Source: Amoeboaphelidium protococcarum X5 (Eukaryota > Fungi > Aphelidiomycota). Taken from it: a stretch of DNA of 64,000 bases. Numbering within the stretch: the stretch's first letter is position 1; the number at the start of each line of letters is the position of its first letter. The DNA is taken from positions 1,036,604 through 1,100,603 of the forward strand of contig JALDTO010000146.1 of assembly GCA_023515725.1 (NCBI GenBank), read 5' to 3'. Shown here piece after piece: positions 12,451 through 25,479 of the stretch. A program made the position numbers and the translations under genes. Below the pieces are notes generated by a model. The model had not been told where the DNA came from. It worked only from the letters and a program-made list of their open reading frames with translations, and did not search any database.

Positions 12451-12799
12451 ATCTACTGCGGTATGTGAAATCAGCCGTTCTGACGCGTCGGCGATCAGGG
12501 TACTAATGAAAGTTGATAATATTGCAGTCTACAGCTAAGAATAAAGATTTAATTAGAATTATATAATACGGCGAAATTTTCTTTCGTAGTTACTTTATAA
12601 ATAGTAGAATATGTTCTGTTGACACAACAGACCGCTGCAAAAGACCGTCCGCTCTTCCTTAGTTCGTTCGTGAAATGTCATTCTTCACTTTCTTCTCCAA
12701 AGTCTTTGCAGTCTAAAGCATCAGTACTTTATCTTGACATAGTACCAATTTAATTTACTTTGAACGAAATATAATTCTCAGTCACAGCAAATTAGTATT

Positions 12800-15085
12800 A
12801 TGGATCTGTATATTTCTTCTGATGGTCAAGTTTCTATTTGTGCTCATCAAGACACATCTGCTAGTTCTCTATCATCTTCCTCTGCTGCTGCTGCACAAAG
12901 TGATGTGCTGACCATCTCTGCTACAGAATCTGATTTGCAATTTAAATTGGAATAAATACATGATGACTTTGCACCACTCACTTCAAGTAAATATGTGGTT
13001 GAGGAGCGAATTGTATGTATTGCTGGATTCGTGCATCTTGGATTTGCTAGTCTAATTTTTTACATCACTGAAGCCTAGCATATATGCCAGTCGCCTCTAA
13101 ATATGACAGTTGGTGCAAGTAATGCAACATCAGCATCTTTATCAATCTAGAGATGCGTGAAGGCTGGCTCGTAGACTATTCATAAATAATAGTTTCTTAC
13201 TCTGTCTCAAGAGTAATTGCTCCATGAAACTGTATAGAATGTGATTAGTATTCTAGAATCTGGTTAGATTTACTTTAGTGATGATTATGACTTGACTCGC
13301 AGCATTTAGGTGCAGTTATCGTAGTAAAATTAACATAATGAGGACTTATATTGGTGGAATAGATTTTTATAAATCCCTCTGACTCAAGCCATTAAGGATA
13401 ATCCTTAGTTTACATAATTCTAGAGGAAACTCATTTGTGGATACGTTAATTGTATACCTGTACAAGATTAATAAAACTCCTCTAGTACCAGTAATAGTAA
13501 CAATAGGTTCTAATCAGTGTATTTAATTAGTAGAATGTCTCGTAAAAGAGCCGGCACTCGGTACACTAGGCGTGGAATAGATTTGAATGGCTATTGTGCA
13601 ATGATGGCTGAGACTGAGGTGATTTTGGTAAAGTAATTGTCCAGTTAGTTTATGGAGATGTCTTCATTTGTAATGCTTCGTGGTAGTGTGCCATGGATTT
13701 GGCATCACGAGGTTGATCTCAGCTATAAGCCACCACTTATTGTAAGGCAACAGGATGATTTGACTGTACAAGCGATGAAGAAGAGTTTCTAAATGGTTCA
13801 GAATGAGTACCCGGATGTTCGTGTAATTAATCTACTGAATACTTCTGGATATGAGGCTCAGCTGCGTCGTGTATTTTCTGATGCTATGTCCAAGCATCTG
13901 CCGGATGTGCATCATCACGCCATTGATATCAACAGTAGTAGTTTTCAAATGAAAGATCTCCTTGAAAATTTACGTCACTCTGCTGGCGATGAAGGTTCTA
14001 TATTTTCAGTTAGAGTTCCAGTATCCAGCGGTGGATCTAGAATGCGAAGACGAAGTTAAACTAATAGCTGCAATGGTAGTATTGCGGTTCAAGGTCCGTC
14101 TTAAGTATAACAGTTGCCTAACTTGAAGGTGAATAAGATATAAAGGAGCATATTCAGATTGAATTGTCTCGACTGTCTCGATCGAACTAATATGGTCATG
14201 TTTGTGGTGGCATCATACCTCTTGTCCGCGGAGATTGGTGGTGCAGATCACGTTCACTCTATTAGAGATTTAGAGTACAATCTAAATAGCCACTTTGGCG
14301 GAGATTTTATTTAGAAATGGCGCAATATTTGGATTGCTAATGGCAATGCATTGGCGCTTTAGTACACTGGGACAGGGACTTTGCATTGCTCATTCATTAG
14401 GTAGCCACTTACTGGTTGGTCAATACTCGGTCTATTGATGAATTTACTAACTCTGGGTCTGTATGGGAAGTTGAGACCGAAATTGCTGACCATGTTCAAA
14501 ATGTTGAGTAGATATTACATGAACAACATCGCAGACTCGTATAGACAGGACGCGTTGGATCAGTTTTTGGGTTATCATCGAGGCAGCGGTGGTGCTGATG
14601 ATGTATAAGATTTATACTCTCCTTCCTTATACTCGTTGAGATAGTAGTCGCTGCAAAGGCGATAATCCTTGCGAGTGCTTAAATCAAATGTATATCACAG
14701 AGCTAATTAGATATAAAGGTCAATGTCGCTTTCATCCATAGTATCACTATGTTTATATGTGCCTTGTTGGATAGCTGTGACAGTCACTACTCTGTTTGGT
14801 CTATTTCTCCGCCACTTTGCTCCGAGATAATTGTGCTCACTCTATGACTACATTGGGGCAACAGTGATTCTGATTATGTTATCGATTTGGCGCCTCTTTG
14901 TCCTTCCCTTTGTCATATTTGGTCAGCCTAATCAGCAGTCACATTAAAGTTAAGAATCTCGTTAATAATCATCATCATCGTCGTCTTCGTCGTCTTAGTT
15001 GGAACGTTTATTCCGCTGGCGATGGAGTCAACCTCGCTCTGGGAATACTGCATGGGAAGGTGATGACTTCATCATTAATCCTTGA
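12800..15085 (+). CDS. SAC1: SAC1-family phosphoinositide phosphatase with C-terminal TM segments
   Basis: 761 aa; RAGTRYTRRGID, RGSVPWIW, catalytic RLNCLDCLDRTN (CX5R), GNALALQYTGT; two hydrophobic helices near the C-terminus. Confidence 0.88.
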
Positions 15086-15321
15086 TTATTAACATATAAA
15101 CTCACTCTATCAATCTTCTTTTGTACGCTTTGATGCGCCCTTGACTTAAAGTGTAGTTGGCGACTGACTTAGTTTAGATCTTCTCGCTCGCGTTTCTCTC
15201 TCTCTTCTTTCAGCCAAGTGCGTATCAAGTTGTCTGTCGTCCTTCCCATTCCTATTCCCATTCTTATTCCACGTACAAGAAAAATTAAGTCAAAAGTCGG
15301 ATATAATTAATATTGGTCATA

Positions 15322-16214
15322 ATGTCGTACGATAGAGCATTGACAGTTTTTTCGCCTGATGGTCATTTATTTCAAGTTGAATACGCTTTAGAAGCCGTTC
15401 GCAAGGGAACATGCGTGGTAAGTTACATGCTATATAGTTGCGGGTCTATTAATACTAAAGTCATTATTTATATTCTGTGTAGGTTGGTGTTCGCGGTAAA
15501 GATTGTGTAGTGCTGGGTGTTGAGAAAAAGTCTGTGGCTAAACTGCAAGAGTCCAAGACTATAAAGAAGTTGGTCATGTTGGACAGACACATTTGCATGG
15601 CATTCGCTGGTCTGTAGGCTGATGCCAGAGTGCTGATCAACAAGGCCAGAGTGGAGTGTCAGTCTTTCCGTCTCACGCTGGAGGATGCGCCATCGACTGA
15701 GCAGATTGCCAAGTACGTGGCCGGTGTCTAATAGAAGTACACTCAGAGTGGTGGTGTGCGACCATTCGGTATCAGCACTCTGATCATGGGTTTCGATCTG
15801 CAGAGTGATAGCGGTTCATCCACCGAGGCCAAGTTGGCTCCAATGTTGTATCAGACCGACCCAGCTGGTGTATATACTTTATGGAAGGCGGCAGCGATTG
15901 GCAGAAATAGCAAGACTGTGCAAGAGTTCCTGGAGAAGAACTGGACCGACTCTCTGACCAAGGATGAGACTGTGACTCTGACTGTAAAGGCCCTGTTGGA
16001 AGTTGTGCAGACGGGTGCAAAGAATATTGAAATCGCTGTAATGACCGCACCTTCTGCAGACTCTAAGCGTCCGAATGAGGGAGTTATTTCAATGCTCAGC
16101 GACAAGGATATAGAGTAGTTGGTCAAGTCAATTGAAGATGAGAAGGAGCGTGAGGCTGAAGCTAAGAAGCAGCGTCGCGGTACTCAAAGTGCTGCAGCAA
16201 TGGAGACTATGTGA
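15322..16214 (+). CDS. PRE6: 20S proteasome subunit alpha-4 (Pre6/PSMA7); intron 15418-15482
   Basis: [29 protein letters not shown]; 65-nt GTAAGT...TAG intron; AGV(TAA)(TAG)[12 protein letters not shown] corresponds to conserved AGVQQ.YTQSGG.RPFG. Confidence 0.97.
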
Positions 16215-16385
16215 TTATGAAGACAATTTGCTATCGAATTTCAATGTTATATCCTTTACATTTTCTATTTCATAAGAGATTAACTATACAAAGTAGAGGA
16301 AAGTGTAACATCGAATTGAAAGATTGACGCGAAACATGAAAGCATACAACGATTTTTAAACGTTTAATGTATTCACAAAGATCAA

Positions 16386-16727
16386 TCAATAAGGATGCTA
16401 TCGCCTGGAATTTGAGTGTCCATACTGCGGGTAATGAGAGCCTTGTTAATGTTATTATTAATACGACCGATTAGAGTAGTGTGATTAGCGAGAACGTGCA
16501 GGCATATAAGGCGGAGGAACTGGCGAAATCAACGGTGTTGCCTGATACTGAGGATCGGGCTCATACAGAGTATCAAAGAACACGTCCTCCTATTCCTCTT
16601 ATTATTACTATTCTTAATTGAGGCCTTGATCGCGGACATTCTCCACCAATGAAGTCTAGTACTCTACAGGCGATGTTGACTGTTCCATCTCAGACTATTA
16701 TAACGCTTCTTCTCCTTCTTCCATCAT
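16386..16727 (-). CDS. Small acidic/Gln/Pro-rich hypothetical protein (may have upstream exons)
   Basis: MMEEGEEALQQSEMEQ...PVPPPYMPARS...QHPY* with TAR=Gln; GTAAGC/GTGTAT..CAG intron-like signals further upstream near 16810-16990. Confidence 0.45.
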
Positions 16728-17330
16728 CGTTTAGTTTCTCGCTCGCTCAGTCAAAAAACAACCGAACGGGGATCTCTCTTTTCTGCTTTTACTTTTGCAT
16801 TTTCTTGTAGTCTGATTGAGCAACATATTTTGGCATATATAGCCAATGTGTGTTGATATATTAATGAATAGCTAAAGGGATGATAAGAAATATAATATAT
16901 ACACCTGAATTATAGTGAAGGATTGTATTTTAGTTTCAGCCTTGTCTGATTAGCTATATTAATTATATTGCATTAGATAGATTTAGCTTACTCGTTGTCG
17001 GTAACCTTATCTATCCACAATTTGAAGTGCGTGATGAAGAAATATCATGACGGGCGGTCATAATTACATTGATGATTGTCATGAATTTTTATCTGATGCT
17101 TATTGTTTGATGCTTATTGCCTTACGTGCTTTGTAAAAGTATATTCCTATGCTTATACTCAATTTCGAGTGAGCTTTACGCTTTTTCACCATCATCTCGT
17201 CGTTTATCCACGCGTTTCCGGCTTTCTTTGATCAAAGTTTCTCCCTAATCAGTATTGCTTTATAATCAATTGTTATTAAGCCAGTTTATTCATAATTATT
17301 TGCGAGTTATCTGGATAAACTGATTCAAAA

Positions 17331-18428
17331 ATGACAGAATAACTTTAGGGAGGGAATAGAGAGACTCTTTTAGAGGTGAATGATAATGATGTGGAGTTTG
17401 ATTATAATTCAAAGTATCCGCAACTGTCCTTTAGATCATCAGTATTGTTTGCCCGTAAAGCAACGCTGAGAAAGGAGTTGCTATTCCTGCACAATATATA
17501 CCGTCATAGCGATAAGAATAGACTGCTTCAATGCTTCATATAGCTTATGCTCATACATCCTATATTTTATTTCATACTTACACTATGTTGTGGATCGTTG
17601 CTCTTGGCCCTGTCTCCTCACGTGGCAGTGTCAACGACAACATTCCCCGCGGTGGCTTTCAGTATATTTATGATATATGTCGCATTTATTGCATTGTTGG
17701 ATCCTGCTGCTGCACTGATTTACGCGTCTTTTGAACTGGTATTTGGCGTTGGATTTTCATGGCTCTTCTATCACATCTTGATTGATGAAGTGACTGTAGG
17801 AAGAGGTCCTGTCAACACAATACCTTCATATTCATACTTTTTATATGCATACTTTATCGCTTTTGGTGTTGTGATCATGTCGCTTATGCTCTGCTATGTT
17901 TGCTATTTACAATTTGAAGTTGATCATAAGGGATAGACGTCATCTTTGAGGTAATCTTCTTGGCAGCAGTAATCAACACTAAATTCTAATCTATATGGTG
18001 TCAACAAGGTACAGAGCATTAGCAATGCGCGAGATAGATAATTGCTTAAAAGGCTGAATAGTAGAAAGCTTCGATCTCTGGTCTGGAAATCTTATGCCAG
18101 TCCAGTGTTGAGTATGTATCTGACCTATGCTTTGATATGGAAGTTGCCGCGTTTTCTTTCTAGATTTGGTGCTCCTGCTAGGATTATCTAATTTCTTGAT
18201 CGCTCTGAATTGAAATTGTTGTTAGATGAGTCTATTTAATCATAATCAACTACTAATGTGGAGGAATAGGAAGATGAATTGGATGCTGTTGATATTCAGG
18301 AAAGCACTCAAGGTGATGATCATACATCGACTACTGCTCCGATTGCATCATCATCTCAAAGTATCCAACGATAATCCTAGTGCGAACCGTTATTGAATAC
18401 CTCAGACTTAACATTCTTTGAAGAGTGA
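17331..18428 (+). CDS. Multi-pass membrane protein, unknown function
   Basis: 365-aa frame, ATG to TGA; four or five hydrophobic segments and an acidic tail. Confidence 0.65.
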
Positions 18429-18556
18429 GCATTAAAAATGTATTAAAATAATTTCAATTCAATTTATTTTTTGCTTCAATTGGTAATGAATAAACAGAGT
18501 TTGTGAATAATTCGCCCCATATATCCATCCCTACATCTCAGATGTTACAGTATATT

Positions 18557-19875
18557 TCAATTCACCTTCTTCTCTTCAAGCACCTCTTCACCAACTTGCT
18601 TTCCAATATAGAAAGTTTTACGGATAACGGCATCAAATATACCATCTCCCAATGTGCCCACCATCAGCAGAACAGTTCTCAAATTAACACCCAGCACGCA
18701 TTCAGGTCCCACTAGATATCGCGTTGCAGGTACACTAGCCTCGATGGCATCCTTTATGCTCAGACTCACGAATCGTGTAGGAATGCCAAAGTCACGCATC
18801 ATCGTCACCTTGACCTTGATCGCTTCATAAATGTCATGGTACCAAGTATCAGCAATCAGCTTCTTTTCCTTTGGTATCTTTTAATACGCATTGTTATTCT
18901 GCACATTAGCCTTATCGAAAATGGGAGTAAACACCGCACCTACACAACTCGCACAAATATTTACAATAATTTAGAATAAATTTACAAAAAGGAAGCAGAT
19001 TTTACCTGGCTTGATGATGGAAACTGCAATGCCCTGATTCAGCACTTCTTGACGCAGAGAATCCGCAATAGCTTCCATACTAAACTTGGTGGCAGAGTAG
19101 ATACCCATTGCAACTATAGAAGCAGTGCCGCTCTAGCTACTAATAAACACCACACGGCCACTTCCACCTTTACTTCTATCACCGGCATTCTAATCAGACT
19201 GCACAGTATACTTGCGGATCAGAGGGAGAAACGCTTGAGTGATTCTCATCACACCAAACAGATTAATGTCAAACACATTCTGAACATGCTTTAAATCTTC
19301 CATCTCAAGTGGACATGCAAAGCTGACACCAGCATTATTCACAATGGAGATGAGCGATGCATTCTACTACGCACACACCTCCTCCACTCTCTTTACAGCC
19401 TTGTCGATAGTGTCCTGCTTCACAACATCGCACATCAATGGCACAATTTTACCTACACCTATATTGATTGGGATAGTAGAATTAAGTACAAATGTATAAC
19501 AATACCTTGAAATATACCATTTCTAACTGATACTTGAGACTTTTCAGCAATCGATCTGAACAATTGCACCAGACGTTCTCCATCTTCAGGTCTGCGAACA
19601 CAGGCAAAGACCAGGTACCCAGAACTTGCTAAATAAAGCGCTGCATCAGCTCCGATACCTGAGCTGCAACCAGTAATCAGAACCGCTGCCTAAGTAGGAA
19701 CTTGGCCTTGAGCATGTGCTAAAGCAGGACTATTGCGGTTGAAGCGAATCACCAGACCAGGTAGAACATAAGATAGAAGAGTGAACAAAACACCACGCCA
19801 GAACAGATACAGTGAATACAGACGCAGCGTAACTTTAACACCCATACTCTAAGTTTAAACTTGTTCCGTTGCCAT
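18557..19875 (-). CDS. Short-chain dehydrogenase/reductase (RDH/17beta-HSD-like); introns about 19459-19505 and 18940-19005
   Basis: VLITGCSSGIG, VNNAGV, VFISS, YSATK, IIKPG|AVFTPIF; GT..AG introns restore the frame. Confidence 0.9.
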
Positions 19876-20093
19876 CTTATCCTCACTATAATCTTCAGCA
19901 AATCCTGATCGTTGTTGTTATTGTAATGGTAAAATGTATGCACTGATGAGAGTCGTTTCGAGTTCAAAATTGATCGCGACAACTTTTGTTCCTTTGAGAG
20001 GGAGAGAATTCACGCGCGTTTTCGTCGTTTGATTTCTCGTCTTTGTTAGCACTGTAGTACTATAGAGGCGATAGACCACATTTAAACTATTCA

Positions 20094-20190
20094 ATGGCAG
20101 ACCGTAATTAATCTAATCACGATAATTAGTCAGTATACAAAGGCACTTAACAAGTAAGAGTATTTAATTTGAAAAACAAATCATTCATAG

Positions 20191-20221
<31 letters not shown>

Positions 20222-20864
20222 GGGTGGAGATACGAATTTTAGAAGGAAGTTCAGTGTTGCAGATTATCATCAGAATGTGAGCACTGGGGATGACACTGAA
20301 GAGTCGTATTAATAATAAGCATCTACGCAAATTCTGAAGCCATCTGAATTTACTTTATAGACTGGACTTAATCGCCCCTAGATTTTGCCTGATAGTACCA
20401 CAGCGGCGGGGAAACGCGCAGGATAATCTTATAAATCGCTTCAACCGGGATTCTACTGTAAATTGTGTGATCAACTGTTCAAAGACAACAACTCGTATCT
20501 CGACCACTTGAGTTCTCGTTCTCATCGGGACAAATTGTCGGCGCTATCGGACGCGCCCATTCTGAATTCCAGTGTGAAACGGCGACGGGCCACTGTGCAG
20601 GATGTGTTAAAGAAATTGGAAGAGTTGAAGGCGCGAAAATTGTTATAATAGTAATCTGCTTAGAAGAATACAGCGTTTGATTTTGAAGAGCATATCAGAG
20701 GTTTGGTGGATATGGACAAGTAGGAGATGTAAAAGAGGAAATTGAAACTGAAAGAGCAACGGAAACGACGTTTGGCTGAAGATGATGCGATAGTCTAAGA
20801 TTCTCAAGATAACACCGTGGCTTAGCTAATGGGTTTTGGTTCTTTCCAAAGTACTAAATCATGA
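20094..20864 (+). CDS. SNU23: U4/U6.U5 tri-snRNP zinc finger protein Snu23/ZMAT2; intron 20154-20222
   Basis: DTNFRRKF, GFYCKLCDQLFKDNNSYLDHLSSRSH, RATVQDV, C-terminal MGFGSF. Confidence 0.9.
20191..20218 (+). repeat. (AT)n microsatellite inside the Snu23 intron
   Basis: About 14 AT units directly before the 3' splice site. Confidence 0.9.
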
Positions 20865-21222
20865 TAATGTTAATTTTTATATTTATAAACGTATAACTAT
20901 ATCAGTTTAATGTGCATTATTAAAGAGTATTTTGACTTGATCATGCTGAATCTTGATTACCCGTTAATTTTACCTTGTTTGAAACGCGGACGTTCCCAGC
21001 GGTAATAACATTCATCTACCGAGCATTATCTGCAACGAGTTATAAGTGAAATCAATAGAGCTATCGATTTCAATACCACTCAATATAATTAATAATGTTT
21101 TCGCACTTTATTTGACTTTGAAAGCTTGATTGTACTCTATTAGGAGACGCGTAAAAATTCCCTCATCCAAACTTAGTGATTGTTTCCCTTATGATCACTG
21201 TTGAAAAGGAAATTAGTTAAAT

Positions 21223-22422
21223 ATGAAACTGTGGACTAATTCAGAATTTGTAATTCATCTTTAAAATGGATCATAGCATACTGATGCTAGTAGTCTGAGA
21301 AGAAAGATTGTACTTTATAACCATGCTAAAGCTTCATTATTCATGTTATAGGTGGGCTTGAAATTGCGCGTTCCGACTTATACTTACTCTACTGCTTGTT
21401 ATATTCTACACTAGTTCTATGTCCACCTTTCGCTCTAGAGACTAGATATAAATGATAGCAGCTCTCAGAACAGCTAAAGCGAGGACATTTTCAAAATGTA
21501 TCATATCTATGAAATAAGCGCTGCAGCTTTATTTATCGCGTGCAAGTTGGAAGAGTCAATACGGCGTGCTGAAGATTTCGTTACTGCTGTGTGCCGTGTT
21601 GCACTGAAGAATGAAAATTTTCGTATTTAGCCAGGTGATGTGCAGTCGTAGAATGAATTCAGGAAATGGAAGGAAGTGCTGCTGCGCGTAGAAGATATCA
21701 TTGTGGCGGACGTTCTGGGTGTGAGTTTTTGTGAGTTTGGAATGATGCGAGGTGAGTTGAACGTTCCGTTGACTCAGAAGATGAACTCAAATGATGCTGC
21801 ATCGGATTTTCCAGGTATATAGCGAGTTTCTTTTCTGAATAAAGTTAATGCACTCGATAGTAGCGGTATGGGTTATCCTCATGGCTACATTGAGTTTTTG
21901 GTGGAGCGCGTCTCTAATGCCGGTCTCTTGTAATAGTTGGATGAGCATGTGGGTTGGCACTACTAGCTATAGAAGACTACGTGGACTTTTGTATCAGACT
22001 TCCTGAGGACACCAGTGATTTGTAGATTTTAGCCTTATGTAATTGCATGCACAGCTCTGATACTTGCGCAATCTAGATTAGTTACTCAGATAGTACACAT
22101 GTCTTCACAGATCATCGCTCTTACTGGTGGTGCTGATACGGGTGAATTGGTAATTCCTATTGAAGAAAGTGCTGTCAGCTTAATTTCAGCTTTTGATCTC
22201 CATCAGGCACAAAAATGGTGCAAAGTACTCAATATCACGTTTGATGATTATGAAGAAGGTGTAAAGGTTCTGAAGGAAGTCTTCTCCAACGCAGATATTA
22301 GAAGCACGCTTGAAGGTGTATTCTAATCACACCTGGCCGGATCTTTAATGTTTAATATTCTCAAAACAATTAAAATCTAATTGCCCAGTCCATACATTGA
22401 AGAAGAAGGTGAAGTGGAATGA
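21223..22422 (+). CDS. Transcriptional cyclin (cyclin K/T/L-like)
   Basis: 399 aa; QVGLKLRVPTYTYSTACYILHQFY, AAALFIACKLEES cyclin box, PYVIACTAL second box. Confidence 0.85.
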
Positions 22423-22459
22423 TACTAGTAAAGCAAAAATATATTTTATTCTTTTAGAA

Positions 22460-23449
22460 TCACTATCCATTGCGTAGAGATTCCAATAGCATGCATGCTT
22501 TGCATATTTCATTACTAGCAATCATCCCACAGCGAGAACATGTCCTCAACTTGCTAACCGGTGCCGACTTACTACCATCGGAAGACTTTTGGTGCATCCT
22601 CTAATTAGCAATAAGCATCTGCTCCATCTACTCTCCACTACGAATAATATCGAGAATAGCAGTTGGTCGAATTCTCTCCAAGTCTTTCAGGAACGTGCGT
22701 GCATTACCTCTGAATGCATTCGGACTGTAGATGCATTCAGTTGAGAAGTAGTCAAGCTGCTTGTAATGCGCATACAACACAATCTCTTTTTCATACGCGT
22801 ATTTGAGTGGCTTTATTCGCCGTATGGTAGAGCTATTGGCCTCTACATTGGTTGATATATGAGTACACTTTTACAGACGCGTAATATCACCGCGAAATAT
22901 ATTCATCAACACAGTCTCCGCCATATCATCAGCATTATGACCAGTAATGATACCATCTACAGTGTCATTCAGTTATTCGGCAAACAGAATGGCCCCTTTC
23001 TCAAGAGCCTGACGCCTAAATACACCACAGAACGTACAATTATTTTTCAGTCCAATCTATTACACAATCTTATCCATAGTCCATCCTTCATAGAGTGCGG
23101 AGTAGGAGACAATTTTCAGAGGCAACTGCAACCGCTCTTGATTTCTCTTGACAGATTCCAGGCTATCATCTCGATATCCTTTAATGCCTTCATCTACAGC
23201 AACCAGCAATAGATTTACACCATAATCGTGCTCTCGATTCAATTTATCCAGTACATACGCCAACACGGTGGAATCTTTACCGCCAGACATTCCAATCACA
23301 TAACTCTTGCCTCTACCAAAGATCTCATTACTCACAATAGTATCATGAATCTCCTACTCAAAATCCACAAAGAAGCACTAGTCACAATAAGGCTCTGCTG
23401 TCTTGGGTCGTTTCAATTTTGCTTTACCGTCGCACTTTACACACTTCAT
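22460..23449 (-). CDS. NCS6: Cytoplasmic tRNA 2-thiolation protein 1 (Ctu1/Ncs6)
   Basis: 329 aa; N-terminal CxxC pairs, SGGKDS PP-loop, [36 protein letters not shown]-terminal CKAC. Confidence 0.95.
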
Positions 23450-23504
23450 GGCTTTTGTATTAGAAACTGCGATTTTCCTTCTTTTCATTAAAATAGGAGA
23501 GCAG

Positions 23505-23900
23505 TAAGGACCGCCGTGTGGTTGGCTGGCTTTATGCAATCATCTACAATATACTTCTTAATTACTGGATAAGATAGGATTGATAAACGATAGAATAAAA
23601 GTATCAGGCTCGCCAGGTAATACAGACGTACGTATGAGAATATGAGGAAATGTTCGTTACAATGTAGTGACTACTTTGCTAGTCACTTTTGCGTATGGAT
23701 TGATTAATGCTCCAAAACTTTGGAACGACGAAGTTTCCAAGGCATTCAAAGTTGTTGGATTCATAAAGAGTACTATTGAACCGTGTCTTTTATACGTGAA
23801 GTCTGAAAAAGGTTTTCTACTGTTGGTTCTGATAGTGGATGATATTTTTGTCTTTTTCCAAGTGTTAATGCTAATGCTGCTGAGAAGGAACTTCTGAAAG
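23505..23900 (+). mobile_element. Degenerate Ty1/copia reverse transcriptase fragment
   Basis: YGLINAPKLWN...GFIKSTIEPCLLY...LLVLIVDDIF resembles copia RT YGLKQAP..W / YVDD; frameshifted, no LTRs seen. Confidence 0.75.
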
Positions 23901-25479
23901 ATAGATAACTTGGCTAAGAATTTCTCTGTTGAAACTGCGTCTCGTCAAAGTGCTTCTTACAAGGTATCCAATTGTTTGCATCTAGAAGAGGGGAATAAGA
24001 GAAGGAAACTATATATACCGTAGCTATCAGTGGTAGTCCCACGCGGTACTGGAAATAGTAAAAAGGTTGATTATTATCTATTCGCGAATTTGATATTAGG
24101 CTAGTTCATTGCATAGATTAAATGCTTCTATGTTGAGGGGCCTCAATGAACGCGTATTACATACCAGGACGGAAGATGAAGAATACTTGACAAAATCTTA
24201 GACTAAAGCTAAATCTGCGTATGAAAATCCGGTATTTATAGTAGCCAATATATGATAACGTTACGTAAATTCGCAGTTCATTAAAGGTATATTTTGATTA
24301 TAGAGCTGTTCATACTACTGTACAATGCTAACATATTAAATCATGGGTTATGGCACTGATACATCCACTAGTGATGTAAAGGTCATCATCCCCTGCATTG
24401 TAATCATATAAACATGGAGCGCTTAAGCCTGTGTTGAAAGAAGTGATTTTCAGAACGTCTGCCCCTGAACCGAAGCTGGAAAGTTTTTCTTTACGCAAGT
24501 AGATCAATGCTCCACCTCACTGACTTTTGATCCTTGAATGATAGAAAAAAGCCAACGGTCGGTTCAACTGATATATTTGAACAGCTTGCGTCTGCTAAAT
24601 TGCACGCTATAATACTGTTAGAATTGCTTTTGGCTCTTGAAATTCGCGGTATTACGCATGATATTCTGTATTTGGGATATACCGTCAAATATGAATATTT
24701 TGCCTCATTTGCTGCATCTTAGTTAATTTTCAGCATGTGCCATTGTAATTAAATCAAGCAGCGATCAACTACGCTGCAATTGATATTAATAAATTCATTC
24801 AATAGGCCATGGTTCCTGAAATTGCTGTATATCTATTCCAATTTTGGAATGCAAGGCTTCAAGTGTATGATTGCAATGACGTCTTGGATATCATCAGTGG
24901 GATAGATCCAGAATTTTATTTAGTTGGTGTCCATTTGGTGGAATTTATTAAAACGACAACGGATCTTGATGAAATAAATCATATTGCGTAAGATCTGGGA
25001 TTGCCGCGATTAGAGCATGGACTAAGTAAAAAGTGTCTTTCGACTGTATGTAACTTTGTTCTTCATTGATAGGAGTTGGATCATATAAACACCATGCATG
25101 TCAACCGCGTGAACACTCTTCAGTCGCTACAATTAAAGTTATGAAGTTAATGATTATTATTATACATTTTTTTCGTAAATTATTTTTTTATCCCACTTAA
25201 ATTTGTAATAATCCATCTTTCCGCTTTGAAAGGTGTGCGTGCGTGTGTCTTTAACGAGCCAACTACTAAAAGGTTAACAGTGATTGGTCCAGTCTTGGCA
25301 CTATTTGAAACGCGCTCCAATCAGTCAATCGGCCTCTTTGAAGCAATTGTGATCTTTTTCGTTTCTGATTGCTTCATTTATTATAAACTGGGCTGATTTT
25401 ATTGTATTGACCTTCAAGAGTCACTCTTCTTATATTAAGTAGTCGATATATTATAGTTTGTAATTACTAGGAAAGAATT

